Shown here piece after piece: positions 37,987-50,344 of a DNA stretch of 64,000 nt. The notes under the pieces were generated by a model, which was not told the DNA's origin, made no database searches, and was given only the letters and a program-made list of their open reading frames with translations. Origin of the DNA: Torpedo marmorata (taxonomy: Eukaryota); NCBI GenBank assembly GCA_977017645.1, contig OZ360237.1, positions 72,726,001-72,790,000 on the forward strand, written 5' to 3'. Both the position numbers and the translations under genes were made by a program. Each line of letters starts with the position of its first letter. Position 1 is the stretch's first letter.

Positions 37987-40039
37987 CTGATTATCAACAC
38001 AGGCGCACCCCAAGGATGCGTGCTTAGTCCACTGCTCTACTCATTCTACACCCATGACTGTGGCCAGGCACAATTCCGAATCAGAATCAGAATCAGAATT
38101 TATTGTCATGAACAAGTCATGAAATTCGGTGTTTTGCGGCAGCATCATAGTGCAATTAACATTCATATTAACCATCTAACGACATTACTATAAAAAATTA
38201 TAATCAATAGTGCACGAAAAGTAAGGCAGTGTCTTTGGTTCATTGATTATTCAGGAATCTGATGGCAGCGGGGAAGAAGCTGTCCTTGTGCCGTTGAGTG
38301 CTCGTCTTTAGGCTCCTGTACCTTTTTCCCGATGGAAGCAGAGTGAAGAGGGCATGGCCTGGGTGGTGGGGGTCTTTGAGGATAGAGGCTTCTTTTTTAA
38401 GACACCGCCTCATGTAGATGTCCTCGATGGAGTGAAGTTTGGTGCCTGTGATGTCACAGGCCGAGTTAACAACCTTCTGGAGTTTACTCTTGTCCTGGGA
38501 GTTGGTGCCTCCATACCAGGCAGTGATGCAACCAGCCAGAATGCTCTCCATGGTACACCTGTAGACGTTTACAAGAGTCTTTGGTGACATACCGAATCTT
38601 CGCAGACACCTCACAAAGTATAGCCGCTGACGAGCCTTCTTTGTGATTGCATCAACGTGGATGCTCCAGGACAGATCCTCGGAGATGTTGACACCCAGGA
38701 ATTTGAAGTTCTTGACCCTCTCCACGACTGAGCCCTTGATGAGGACTGGGTCGTGTTCCCCTGACTTCCTCCTGAAGTCCACAATCATCTCCTTGGTTTT
38801 GCTGACGTTGAGCTCAAGGTTGTTGCCATTACACCATTCAACGAGCTGATCTATCTCCCTCCTGTACGCTTCCTCATTGCCGTTTGTGATTCTGCCGACA
38901 ACTGTGGTGTCATCGGCAAACTTGTTGAAGGCATTGGAATTGTGCCTGGCCACACAGTCATGGGTGTATAACGAGTAGAGCAGTGGACTAAGCACGCATC
39001 CTTGGGGTGCGCCTGTGTTGATAATCAGTGAGGAGGAGACGTTGTTTCCAATTTGTACTGACTGTGGTCTTCCGATGAGAAAGTCAAGGATCCAGTTGCA
39101 GAGGGGGGTATAGAAGCCTAGAGTTTGTAGCTTCTTGACCAGCACTGAGGGAATAATGGTATTGAAGGTCAAGCTGTAGTCGATGAAGAGCAATGCCATC
39201 TACAAGTTTGCTGATGACACCACAGTTGTCGGCAGAATCACAAACGGCAATGAGAAAGCATACAGGAGGGAGATAGATCAGCTCGTTGAATGGTGTAATG
39301 ACAACAACCTTGCACTCAACGTCAGCAAAACCAAGGAGATGATTGTGGACTTCAGAAGGAAGTCAGGGGAGCACGACGCAGTCCTCATCGAGAGCTCAGT
39401 CGTGGAGAGGGTCAAGAACTTCAAATTCCTGGGTGTCAACATCTCTGAGGATCTGTCGTGGAGCCTCCACGTTGATGCAATCACAAAGAAGACTCGCCAG
39501 TAGCTGTACTTTGTGAGGTGTCTAAGGAGATTCGGTATGTCACCGAAGACTCTCGTAAACTTCTACAGGTGTACCGTGGAGAGCATTCTGGCTGGTTGCA
39601 TCACTGCCTGGTATGGAGGCGCCAACTCTTAGGACAAGAATAAACTCCAGAGGGTTGTTAACTCGGCCTGTGACATCACAGGCACTAGACTTCACTCCAT
39701 CGAGGACATCTACATGAGGTGGTGTCTTAAAAAAGCAGCCTCTATCCTCAAAGACCCCCACCACCCAGGCCATGCCCTCTTCACTCTGCTACCATCGGGA
39801 AAAAGGTACAGGAGCCTAAAGATGAGCACTCAACGGCACAAGGACAGCTTCTTCCCCGCTGCCATCAGATTCCTGAATAATCAATGAACCAAAGACACTG
39901 CCTTACTTTTCGTGCACTATTATTTATATTTTTTTTATAGTATTGTCATAAGATGGTTATAATATGAATGTTTGCACTATGATGCTGCCGCAAAACACCG
40001 AATTTCATGACTTGTTCATGACAATAAATTCTGATTCTG
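37987..40039 (+). mobile_element. Rex1 family A copy (37987-38077 + ~39191-40039), split by an antisense copy of the same family
   Basis: [19 protein letters not shown]...ggcacaattcc stops at 38077 and resumes as (c)aatgccatctacaagtttgctgatgac (NAIYKFADD) at ~39191; tail ttctgattctg ends at 40039. Confidence 0.9.
38078..39191 (-). mobile_element. Rex1 family A copy, 5'-truncated, with an open RT C-terminal frame
   Basis: ORF 38240-39199 (319 aa) [13 protein letters not shown]...[21 protein letters not shown]...[10 protein letters not shown]...[11 protein letters not shown]; (gaatca)n tail at 38078. Confidence 0.93.
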
Positions 40040-42222
40040 CAAATACTTAACTCCTAGAATAATCTATTTCTATGCCCTCAAAATGAGTTGGCCCCGTGAT
40101 TTAATTTTTCACCTATTAAATTGGCCAAGTCACAGAGCTTTAATGTGCATGAGTCCAGGATGTCTTCACATTAAAAATAATAGAATGTTTATTCTGGGTG
40201 AAAGTCTGGAATAATGTCAGCATGAGAATTCATTGACAGGTATCTTTGATATTTCTTTAGTGACAACACCATGGCTATTCTGAGAGAGGGAATTGATGGT
40301 AAAAGAAAATGAAAAATAAACAATTGTTTAAAGTTAAATTAAACACAAGAACGTAGAGATGCACAGTCAGCACAAGTTAAAGTAGAATATGACGGTTTGG
40401 CTGCATGCCCTTCCTCAAACTACCCCATAGACTGGTTATAAGATGAAGTACATTTTTGGTTTTTTTTTTAACTTCAAAGTCCTTCTGATCTAAACACATA
40501 GTTTAGCAGCTTTAGAGCTCAGCTACATTCTTCATTTTCCTCGCTGCAGTGAATGCTTGAGATGAATGTGTGGGACGGAGGGGATGTAGTCTGTCCGTGT
40601 CCACTGGGGAGGGAGGGGGGATGGAATTACACCTAAAGCAGAGATCACTTCTCAGAGTTCAGCGCAGATGGGGGTCAGGTCCCTTGGCATGGATCCCATC
40701 TTCTTGATTATGGATTCACAATGCTTTACATGCAATTTTCTGTTGCAATGTTATTTCTGCTGCTCCTATATTTTATTCTTTGTTTTGTTATTTCTCTTTT
40801 GTTTAAAATGTTCTACTTCTTTTCTCACATATTATTACATGGTGGTTTGTCCTTTCTAAACATTTCTATTATCACATGCCTGATCTTTTATGTCACTGTT
40901 TTGTTAATCAGCTTATGGATTACTTAACTCCTTGCTCCTTTTCTGTGACTGCTGTTAATGTTGGATTTTAATACTTCACTCTATTTTCTCTATTTTTCTA
41001 ACGTAATTGAAGTGGCTGTTTAGCTTCATGTGATAAGGAGAACACATCCTAAAATATTATCAATTGCTTTTTCTCTCCATCGGAATATGAGTTACTCAGG
41101 TGAACATTTAATAGCATTTTGAGATGCAGAATCATGGTTCAGGTCCACAGATCCTTTCATGGCATTATTTCTATTGAATGAGCAGTAATTGAAAATCCAT
41201 GACTGTTCTTTTAATTTACCCTCTGTTATTGGCTCATGATATTGGAAATACTGTCCCTTGGTTCAGACGGCACTGCAGTGTCAATCATGATTCCTACTCA
41301 AGAGATGGTGTCCAAATTTCTACCCACCCCACCGCACCCCCCCCCCCAAGAATGTCCTCCTTTCCCTTCAAATTGAAACCCCTTCCTCACTTTGTCTTTA
41401 ATGCACCAATTGGATCTCATTGGGCAGACAAAGAATTGCTGGAGCAACTCAGCAGGTCAGACATAATCCATGGGTAGAAATGGTCTGTAAACGTTTTGAG
41501 ACTGAGATAAAATGGTAAAATTACATGTATAAAGGGGGAAAGCGATGAGAGGGGCCCAGAAGTGATAGGACGGGAGAGTTTGAGAGGCAGATAGAGGGAA
41601 TGGGTGGAGGAAGAAAAGTTAGAGAAAGAGAAAAAAAATTGTACAGGAATAGGTAAAAGAAGATATGAGAAAAGTGGAATCAGGTGGGGGGGTCGGGAAT
41701 TACCTAAAATTAGAAAACTCAACATGTTCATGCCGTTAAAGTTTAGGGCTGTTCAGGAAGAATATGATGTTGGATCAAGGTATTTATTAAGAAGCACAAC
41801 CTTCTCAAAGCTGAAACGGATAGAATGAGGGCAATCTGCTGAAATTGTGGCTTGAAGCCAGGTTGCCTTGAGTGGTATGGTAATGAGACAAAAGTAACAG
41901 AACTCCATGGATATTCACATATCCCTCCAGAGCTCAGACTTGTGGTGTAAATGAAGAAATAGATTTAGCAGACAAAGAAATGTTGGAGGACCTCAGCAGG
42001 TCAGATAGTATCCATGGATAAAAATGGTCAATCAACGCTTTGAGTTGAAACCCTTTGTCAAACTTCAAAATAGATTTAGCAGCTCGTTTCAATTTTTATG
42101 ATGCAGCTGAATTCTTCACATCCTATTCATGTTGTAGTTCACAAGTAGGTGTGAGGTATCAAGAGTTAATGAGTCACCTTGATGTGATCTCCCATGCACT
42201 ACATCGGCAGAAAGGGACATGG

Positions 42223-43967
42223 CAAAAAACACAAATGCTGGAGAAACTCAACAGGTCAAACAGTGTCTTTTTTGTAGCAAAGGTAGAAATACATAACCGA
42301 CGTTTCGGGCCTGAGCCCTTCATCAAAGTATGAGAAAATGCCGGCAGGCGTCCGAACAAAAGAGAGGGTGGAAGGGGGGTGGCAAAGGCAGGAGATGATA
42401 GGTGGAGAAAGGAGGGAGGGGACAACAGCAAAGAGGGGGAGGAGGGATGGCTAGGTAGCTGGAGAAAAAGAGGAAGGACAGGTGAAGGGGGAGGGGAAGG
42501 GAACGACAAGCAGGTTTAGTGGAAAGCAGAAAAGTCAATGTTAATGCCATCTGGCTGGAGAGTGCCGAGACGGAAAATGAGATGTTGTTCCTCCAATTTG
42601 CGGATAGTCTGGGTGGGATAGTACATAAGGCCATGGACAGACATGTGAGTGTGGGAGTGTGACCCGGAATTGAAATGGTTGGCTACTGGGAGGTCGCTGT
42701 TGTTGCGGACGGAGAGGAGGTGCTCAGCAAAGCGGTCTCCCAATCTACGACCGGTCTCTCAAATGTAGAGAAAGCCACAAAGGGAGCACCGGATGCAGTA
42801 AATAAGTTCTCTGGATGTACAAGTGAAGTGCAGTTTTACTTGGAAGGCCTGTTTGGGGCCCTGGACCGTGGTGAGGGGGGAGGTGTGGGCGCAGGTGTTG
42901 CACCTCCTGCGGGCACAGGGGAAGGTGCCGGGGGTGCGATGGGTGGGGAGGGATGAGTGGACGAGTGAATCGCGGAGGGAGGCCGAGAGGGGAGGAGAAG
43001 GAAAAATGTGTCTGGTGGTGGGATCCTGTAGTAAGTGCCGGAAATTCCTGCGGATAATGTGTTGGATGCGGAGGTTGGTGTGGTGGTAGGTGAGGATGAG
43101 GGGGATTCTATGTTTGTTGCGTCTGGGGGCAGAGGGGGCCAGGGCAGATGAGCAGGAAATGGAGGAGATGTGGGTGAGGGCTGAGTTGATGGTGGTGGAG
43201 GGGAAGCCATGTTTGTGGAAAAAGGCAGACATTTCAGAAGATCTGGAGTGGAACACCTCATCTTGTGAACAGATGCGGCGGAGGCGGAGAAATTGAGAGA
43301 AGGGGATGGAGTCCTTGCAGGGGACAGGGTGTGAGGATGTGTAGTCCAGATAGTTGTGGGAGTTGGAGGGTTTGTAGTAAATGTCGGTGGAAAGCTTGTC
43401 TCCCGAGATGGAGACAGAGAGATCTAGGAAGGGGAGAGTGTTATCGGAGATGGACCAGGTGAGTTTGAGATCGTGGTGGAAGTTGGATGTGAAGTGGATG
43501 AAGTTGACAAGCTCATCGCGGGTGCATGAGGCAGTCCCGATGTAGTCGTCGATATAATGGAGGAAGAGATGAGGGGTCTTGCCTGTGTAGGCTTGCAGCA
43601 TGGATTGCTCCACAAAGCCCATAAACAGGCAGGCGTAGGTGGGACCCATGCGGGTACCCATGGCTACTCCTTTGATTTGGAGGAAATGGGATGAGTTGAA
43701 AGAGAAGTTATTGAGAGTGAGGACAAGTTCTGCCAGGCGGAGGAGGGTGTTGGTAGAGGGTGACTGGTCGGTTCTTTGGTCCAGAAAGAAGCGAAGTGCT
43801 TTCAGACCTTCTGTGTGGGGGATAGAGGTATAAAGGGATTGGACATCCATGGTGAAGATGATGCGGTCCGGTTCAGGGAATCTGAAGTCATTGAGGAGAT
43901 GGAGGGCATGTGAGGTGTCGCGGATGTAGTTGGGGAGGGATTGGACCAGGGGAGAAAAGATGGAGTC
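42223..43967 (-). mobile_element. Penelope-like element (RT, GIY-YIG, terminal repeat), 5'-truncated, 11-bp TSD
   Basis: ORF 42759-43988 has TMDVQSLYTSIP, QIKGVAMGTRMGP, YIDD, LPFLDL, YLDYTSSHP and IYCIRCSLCGFLYI. TSD aagggacatgg at 42212-42222 and 43968-43978. Confidence 0.95.
42292..42332 (-). ncRNA. Minimal hammerhead ribozyme motif (PLE terminus)
   Basis: Reverse complement cauacu-UUGAUGA-A-GGGC-ucag-GCCC-GAAA-CGUC-gguuaug. Confidence 0.65.
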
Positions 43968-44411
43968 AAGGGACATGGGTTTGAACAAAGTATATGTCTC
44001 AGACAGAAAATTGGAATGTGAAGGAATGACTCAATTGTCGATTAAATTTGCGGTGGATAATGTGTCAGCCAGCTGATTGGAGAGTGAAAAGTAGTTCAGG
44101 GAAAGAGAATGAAGAGATTGAAGATAAAAAGGATGGAAGGCTGCAGTGCTCATGGTTAAGATGAACCATTATTTCTCCATGTATCTGTGAATATTTTCTC
44201 ATCCAACTTATCATCAAGATAAAGTATAAAGCTCCTAGTGCTCATGGGGTAAAAGGGCCAAATGATGGTGATGAGGATCTATAAGAAAGTTGTGGCTTTC
44301 ACCTTGTTGTCTTTGGGCACTAGAAATAGTCTGTTCTTTCAAATCCAACATTGCCCACATTGCTACTTACAACACCTTTCCTTGCAACTGCAGGAGATGC
44401 AATGTCTTTTT

Positions 44412-44664
44412 TTAAATTTAGACATACAGCACGGTAACAGGCCATTTCAGCCCACGAGTCCGTGCCGCCCAATTTACACCCAATTAACCTACACCCCCGG
44501 TACGTTTAGAACGGTGGGAGGAAACCGGAGCCCCCGGGGAAAACCCACACAGACATGGGGAGAACGTACAAACTCCTTACAGACAGCGCGGGATTTGAAC
44601 ATTGGTCCCGATTGCTGGCGCTGTAAAGGCGTTGCGCTAACTGCTACGCCAACTGTTCTGCCCC
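44412..44664 (-). mobile_element. V-SINE (HE1-like)
   Basis: Same family as 1660-1917. Confidence 0.88.
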
Positions 44665-45009
44665 AAAAAGCTGTCCTTTTACTCCTCCCTTTCCACTGTT
44701 CAGGACCTCAGACATTCTATTCAGGTGAAGCAACAATTCGTTTGTACTTGTCTTCCCTGCACAGGGCAAAGCAAACACTTACTGGATGCCCACTTTTGTA
44801 AAATCTCTCCATTCAGTCCACAAGGGTGAAGCAGACCTAGTTTATCGTTTTAAAATTGTCCATCCCATTCATTTCCACTGTTCTTGCAGCACCTTATCTA
44901 TCAACAAAGCACGTTAGAACCATAGAGAAAGAGAAAGAAATGCAGCATGGAAAAACACAAAAGTCTGAAGAAGCTGTAATTGTAGTAAAAACACAAATAT
45001 ACTGGAGGA

Positions 45010-45900
45010 TCAGCCTCCCACCGACGTGGATAATGTCGCCGTCTTCTGTTTGGACTCACGATCTGTCTGTAGATTGATCAGCATCTGCGGCCAATTTGAG
45101 TCTGCAATGGGCGCCAGGGCAAACCAGAAGAAAAGCAAGGCAATTCTCTTTAATAACTTGTCTGACCAGTTCACTATCCCCTTCACGGTCAGACCTGACT
45201 ACCTGAAGGTGTTGGAGATCTGGTTTGGAGGGGCTGAGACGTGCAACAAAAATTGGTCAGAGCAGATTGCAAAAGTCCACCAGAAATTGGGTCTGTGGCC
45301 ATGGTGCTCCCGCTCAATAACAGGGTCATCAGGTGTGATGTGCTCTCGGTACTGCAGGTGTGACCCATCCACCGCACCTCTGCCCTGGTGGTCACCAGAG
45401 GAGATTTTCAGTTCATATGGTGATCCAAAATGGAAAGGGTCTGAAGGGTTGCCACGTGCAGACAACGGGGCAAGGGTGTATCCATCGTGGCCTTCATCCT
45501 GATGACCACCTTCATATGTGGTTACATCAGGCTCTGCGTGGAACCAAAGTACAAGGGCACCAACTGCCGCTATGTGCTGATGTCTACCTGCCCCAAGTGT
45601 AGGGAAGGAAGGGCGTGGCCCCGTTGCTGCGCAATGTCCCAGTCAGCTGGACTTTGCCAAACCACCTATCCTTCATGGAAAAGTTTTTCCAGACAAACAT
45701 ATTTGACCACAAGGCCATCAGGCAGTGGTCAGCATGGAATGTTCTCCAGACACTGAGAGACGAGGACTCAATGGACATGGTAGGGTGGTTCCCTGAGCAG
45801 ACCGTCTTGGTCATCTGGTGGAATGCCTCATCACGAGTGCTCATGAACAAGCACCAGGACTTAGAGAGGAACCCTCCCAGTCAGATCCTTCCTATACAAC
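45010..45900 (+). mobile_element. Tx1-clade LINE ORF2 fragment (decayed)
   Basis: DNVAVFC...FESAMGARANQKKSKAILF...DYLKVLEIWFGG...NWSEQIAKVHQKLGLW, the post-YADD RT region of Tx1/L1-type elements; frameshifted. Confidence 0.75.
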
Positions 45901-46079
45901 CAGAACTGGTTAAAAAAAAAATCTGCATTGACTTTGGCCTGGTATTGCAAGGAGTTTACACATCGCATAGTGCATTCTGCACTGCGCACATTGAGGGCTG
46001 CTATTTTAATCTCTATTCTGGGTTTTCTGCAGTCTCCAGTTCACAATCCTTACAGTCTATTGTCAATCATCCTGAGCCC

Positions 46080-48050
46080 TAATGCCCATGGCTGTTTTTG
46101 GGCTCAGGACCAGGAGGTGATTTTACTCTGGGAGTGGGGTCTCCTCAGGAGAAGCTGGTGGTGCTGCTGGTGGGGAGATTCGCCTGTGCTCCTGCTTTTC
46201 CATCTCCTGGCTGGCTTGTTTTCTCCTCCTGGAGTTGGAGGGCAATGGCCTCTGCACTGCTCTCGGTCTCCTGGATGGTGGGGGTGGTGGAAATGGGTGC
46301 TGTGCATCTTATAATCTGGCTTACTTGTAACCCAGTGTCCTTCTTTCTTTCCCCTCCATCTTGGTGCTTCTTCTGTCTTCCTCGGACACTCGTGCATGCG
46401 TCATCCTCTAATGACGAGAGGTTGCTGGCTTCTGTTTGCACCTTGACCCTTCTCTTCCCACTGTTTGTGGTGTCTGTTGCCAGTTTCTTCTGTGGGGCTT
46501 TCTTGGTTTTCTTTCTTTTCTTCACCGTCTGCAACTTTTCATCCGCAGCAGCCCCCTTCTCCATTGACTCTGCCTCCTCGGGAGGGGACTCCGGCCTCGT
46601 GCCTGGGGTTTGAGGGTTGGAGGTGGATGTGCTTGGGGTCTTCCCACTCTCCCTGGTCTCGGTCTCTACCGGGGTCTCTGTCGCAGTCGAGGTTGAGGGG
46701 GTGTTGATCTCGCTGCTGGTGATGATATTAGCCTTTTCCTCTCTGTGCATAGGTGGCTGCCATTTTGGGCAGGCTCTGTAGAGGTGATTTGCTTCTCCAT
46801 ACAAGTTGCAGCACTTGCTCTTTGCACAGTCCTTGGTCTGGAGGCCTTCCTGCTTGCAGTTCTTGCAGATGACAGCGCTCCATTGGACCGCCACATATCC
46901 AGGTTTGTTGCAGTTCCTGCACAGCCGGGGTTGTCTGGCGTAGACCAAGTACCCACGGTTCCCTCCAATGGCGAGCACCGAGGGGGTTGGATGATGGACC
47001 ATTTGCTGTCATCCCTCAGCTTCACCTTCACTTGCCATTTGTTGGTCCATATTCCAAATGTGTCTGATGTCCACGAAGGTCCCTGTTCCCTCAATGTATG
47101 GGCCAAGAAAGTGAGCATGTCCATGACAGCCACATTTGGGTTAAACATGTGCCCCGTTATCACTCATTCCTTCTGCGTGGGAAGGGTGTAATGCTTGTGC
47201 CTTGAATAGTGAGAGTGGAGTCATGTTCCCCTTTTCCTGAAGTAAATCACGAAAATCTGTAGACACCATGGTTGAAGTATAAAACACAAAAGCTGGAGAA
47301 CTCAGCAGGTCAAACAGTGTCTTTTATGTAGCAAAGGTAGAAATACATAACCGACGTTTCGGGCTTGAGCCCTTCATCAAAGTATGAGAAAATGCCGGCA
47401 GGCGTCCGAACAAAAGAGTGAGGGGGGGAAGGGGGGGGGGTGGCAAAGGCAGGAGATGATAGGTGGAGAAAGAAGGGAGGGGACAGCAGCAAAGAGGGGG
47501 AGGAGGGATGGCTGGGTGGGTGGAAAAAACTGGAAGGACAGGTAAGTGGGGAGGGGAAGGAAAAGGCGAGCAGGTTTAGTTCCCCTTTTCCTGGAAGTCC
47601 CAGAGCATCCTCTGCCAACCCGCCGGGGTCTTGAATATCACATCAAAGTGACTGTTATGCGCAACATTCTGGAGGCAGTCAATGTCCTTCGCCTCAAATT
47701 TGCTGCAGTCCATCAAGACCTTCCTGATGAAGAAGTCACGGGAAAATGGGTCCCTTCACTCAAGTCCTTCACTGCCACCCTGACAGTGTTTTGAATTCTT
47801 TCTCCTCCCGAGGAGTTCATTGTCGCGGCCATCCTCTGGCATCTAGTGGCGGTGGACTTACTGCTGGAAGAGGCGTTAGATTGGTTTCCCAATCAGCATG
47901 GATCCACCCCTGCATCATCAGGCCAGCTAACACCAGACAATCTCTTACGCTCCAACTGTCCTCCCAGCTGTCTTCCTCTTCCTTCTTGATGAGGCACCTT
48001 CTCACGGATCCAGCTGATCAGCTCACAGAAGATGATCTTCACTTGATCTT
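46080..48050 (-). mobile_element. Tx1-clade LINE ORF1 (gag-like zinc knuckles), decayed and interrupted by a PLE
   Basis: ORF 46145-47002 GGNRGYLVYARQPRLCRNCNKPGY...CKNCKQEG...CNLYGEANHLYRACP (three degenerate CCHC knuckles). Upstream pieces: DTFGIWTNKWQVKVKL and IQNTVRVAV...FDVIF. Confidence 0.8.
47240..47578 (-). mobile_element. Short PLE terminal copy with a 15-bp TSD, containing a hammerhead motif (47346-47386)
   Basis: TSD gttccccttttcctg at 47225-47239 and 47579-47593. Motif reverse complement: cauacu-UUGAUGA-A-GGGC-ucaa-GCCC-GAAA-CGUC-gguuaug. Confidence 0.9.
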
Positions 48051-48671
48051 ATCCAAAAGACGGAGCAAGGGATGGGACAACTTACTGGTGAGATACAGGT
48101 TGCAACAGGAAGTATAGGCAGCTGTGCTGAGGAGGTCTTGCTTGCATTGACAGTGAGCTGTTAGACCACATGTGACTGATTTTAAATTTCTGCAAGCAGT
48201 TGAGGCTGGTTGAATGAGATTAATGAGTCTGATTCCATCTGTGGCACTGGGAGTGTGAGATAAAAGTGATACCTTGAAGCAAAGTGGTTTAGAACCAATG
48301 AAATACTTTTAAGAGGCAATCTCTATTGTACCATTCAAGGAAAAAAAAAACTGCTGTAGGAAGCTTAAGTTAGGTTTAAATTCATTTGTCACATTACATC
48401 TGGTATAGTAAATTCAGCAGGTCCAGCAGCATCTGTGTAGTCGAAGGGATAGTCAACACTTGAGGTCAAGACACTGCATCAGGATTCTGATTCCTCCAGC
48501 AGTTTGTTTTTTGGCTCCAGATTCCAGCATCTGCAGTCTCTTGTGTTTGCACTGTACCATATGAAACCTAGCAACCAATTTGTGCATACCACTATCCCTT
48601 AAATGATTTTGAGATTATTGACCAGGTAATTAGTTGTAATGATGTTGGTTGAGAGATAAGTATTGGTCAGA

Positions 48672-50160
48672 AAAAAAAAATGGCGATGCTGCTGGAGCTT
48701 CTGTAAACGGCAGTGCTTCCGCGGGTGTGGACCCGGGGTGGGCGGGGAGCGGAGACACTGCACTCCCCCGCAGGGTCCTACTGCCCAGGCTCACTATCGA
48801 TAGCTCCATACAGGCTTTAAACATCTTGTTAAAGGAGCCGATGGTGTTTTATTTCAAAATCCTGCAACCACGGGATCTGAGCCCAAGATGGAGGCGCCTG
48901 TGCTGGCAGCAACCTCGAGTGGTCGCAGACTCCAGGGAAGCAGAGGACTATCACAGGCCACTAGAAAATGGGGAGAACACGCACCCTCCCCCACCCGTTT
49001 GAGAAGGAGAAGCAGAGGAGATGACCCAACGGGATGGTGACCACGGTGGTGGACCAGTGAGGGGCTCTGCGGCTGAAGAACACACAGGCGGCGGGCAGTT
49101 GGTCACTCGAGGTGAGGAACCCTGCGGGCTGCTGGCGACTTGCAGTCAAAGGATTCACACAGGCTACGGACTGCTGGAGACTGGCGAGGATCTGTCCTGG
49201 AGTCTCCACGTTCATGCAATCACAAAGAAGGCTCGCCAGCGGCTATACTTTGTGAGGTGTCTGCGGAGATTCGGTATGTCACCGAAGACTCTCGTAAACT
49301 TCTACAGGTGTACCGTGGAGAGCATTCTGGCTGGTTGCATCACTGCCTGCTAAGAAGGCGCCAACTCACAGGACAAGAATAAACTCCAGAGCGTTGTTAA
49401 CTCGGCCTGTGACATCGCAGGCACCAGACTTCACTCCATCGAGGACATCTACATGAGACGGTGTCTTAAAAAAGCAGCCTCTATGCTCAAAGACCCCCAC
49501 CACCCAGGCCATGCCCTCTTCACTCTGCTACCATCGGGAAAAAGGTACAGGAGCCTAAAGTCGAGCACTCAACGGCACAAGGACAGCTTCTTCCCCGCTG
49601 CCATCAGATTCCTGAATAATCAAAAACCAAAGACACTGCCTTAGTTTTCGTGCACTATTATTTATATTTTTTATAGTAATGTCGTAAGATGGTTATAATA
49701 TTAATGTTTGCACTATGATGCTGCTGCAAAACATCGAATTTCATGACTTGTTCATAACAATAAATTCTGATTCGGAATAAATTCTGATTCTGATTCTGAG
49801 ACTGGCTGAAGGCATACCATGTGTTAAAACTGGGATGCTAGAGGGTACTCAGGATTGGATGGGCACCGAAGGGGCCTCGGGCGCTGAAGGCTTCCTGATC
49901 GTGTTGGAGGTTTGGATCTGAAGCTTGGGTTGCTGATAGTTTGTGTGGCTGCAGAGGCTATGGGAGTGCTGGAGGCGAATCCACAGGCACTCAGTGACTC
50001 TGAAGGGACCCTCTTTTGCTTCTCTTTCTCTGACTGTAAGGGGCACCAGGCAATTTCTGCTGTTGCCGAATCTTTGTCTGCCTTATAACAGACTAAATGT
50101 AATTTTGTGTCATATTACATCTGTTTTATTACATGACAATAAAAGAATCTTGAATCTTGA
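48672..50160 (+). mobile_element. Unclassified non-autonomous retroposon, split by a Rex1 insertion
   Basis: GC-rich 5' part starting aaaatggcg; 3' part ends acatgacaataaaagaatcttgaatcttga. The halves rejoin at the 9-bp TSD of the inner Rex1. Confidence 0.6.
49186..49797 (+). mobile_element. Rex1 family A 3' fragment with 9-bp TSD
   Basis: [22 protein letters not shown]...[11 protein letters not shown]; (attctg)n tail; TSD gagactggc at 49177-49185 and 49798-49806. Confidence 0.92.
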
Positions 50161-50344
50161 GCTTCCCCACTATAGTGCCCGTAATTTCTATCAAGGAGCT
50201 TATGAGGATTAACAATTACAATGCACATTTATTTAGCACTTCTGTGTAACATTCCAAGACATTTAATACAAATATTATCAAGTGTAAGGTTCTATACCAA
50301 GAGAGATATGAGGGCATGGTGCCAAGATGCCCTGGTACCTCTCT

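Noticed and set aside
42759-43988. Autonomous active PLE or telomerase-like host gene
   Set aside because: 5'-truncated at a TSD, with the ORF start in flanking DNA and a frameshift/stop within the GIY-YIG motif; a dead-on-arrival copy.
46145-47163. Host ZCCHC3-like zinc-knuckle gene
   Set aside because: Frameshifted, knuckles are degenerate, interrupted by a PLE and next to Tx1 ORF2 remnants, so it is a dead Tx1 ORF1.
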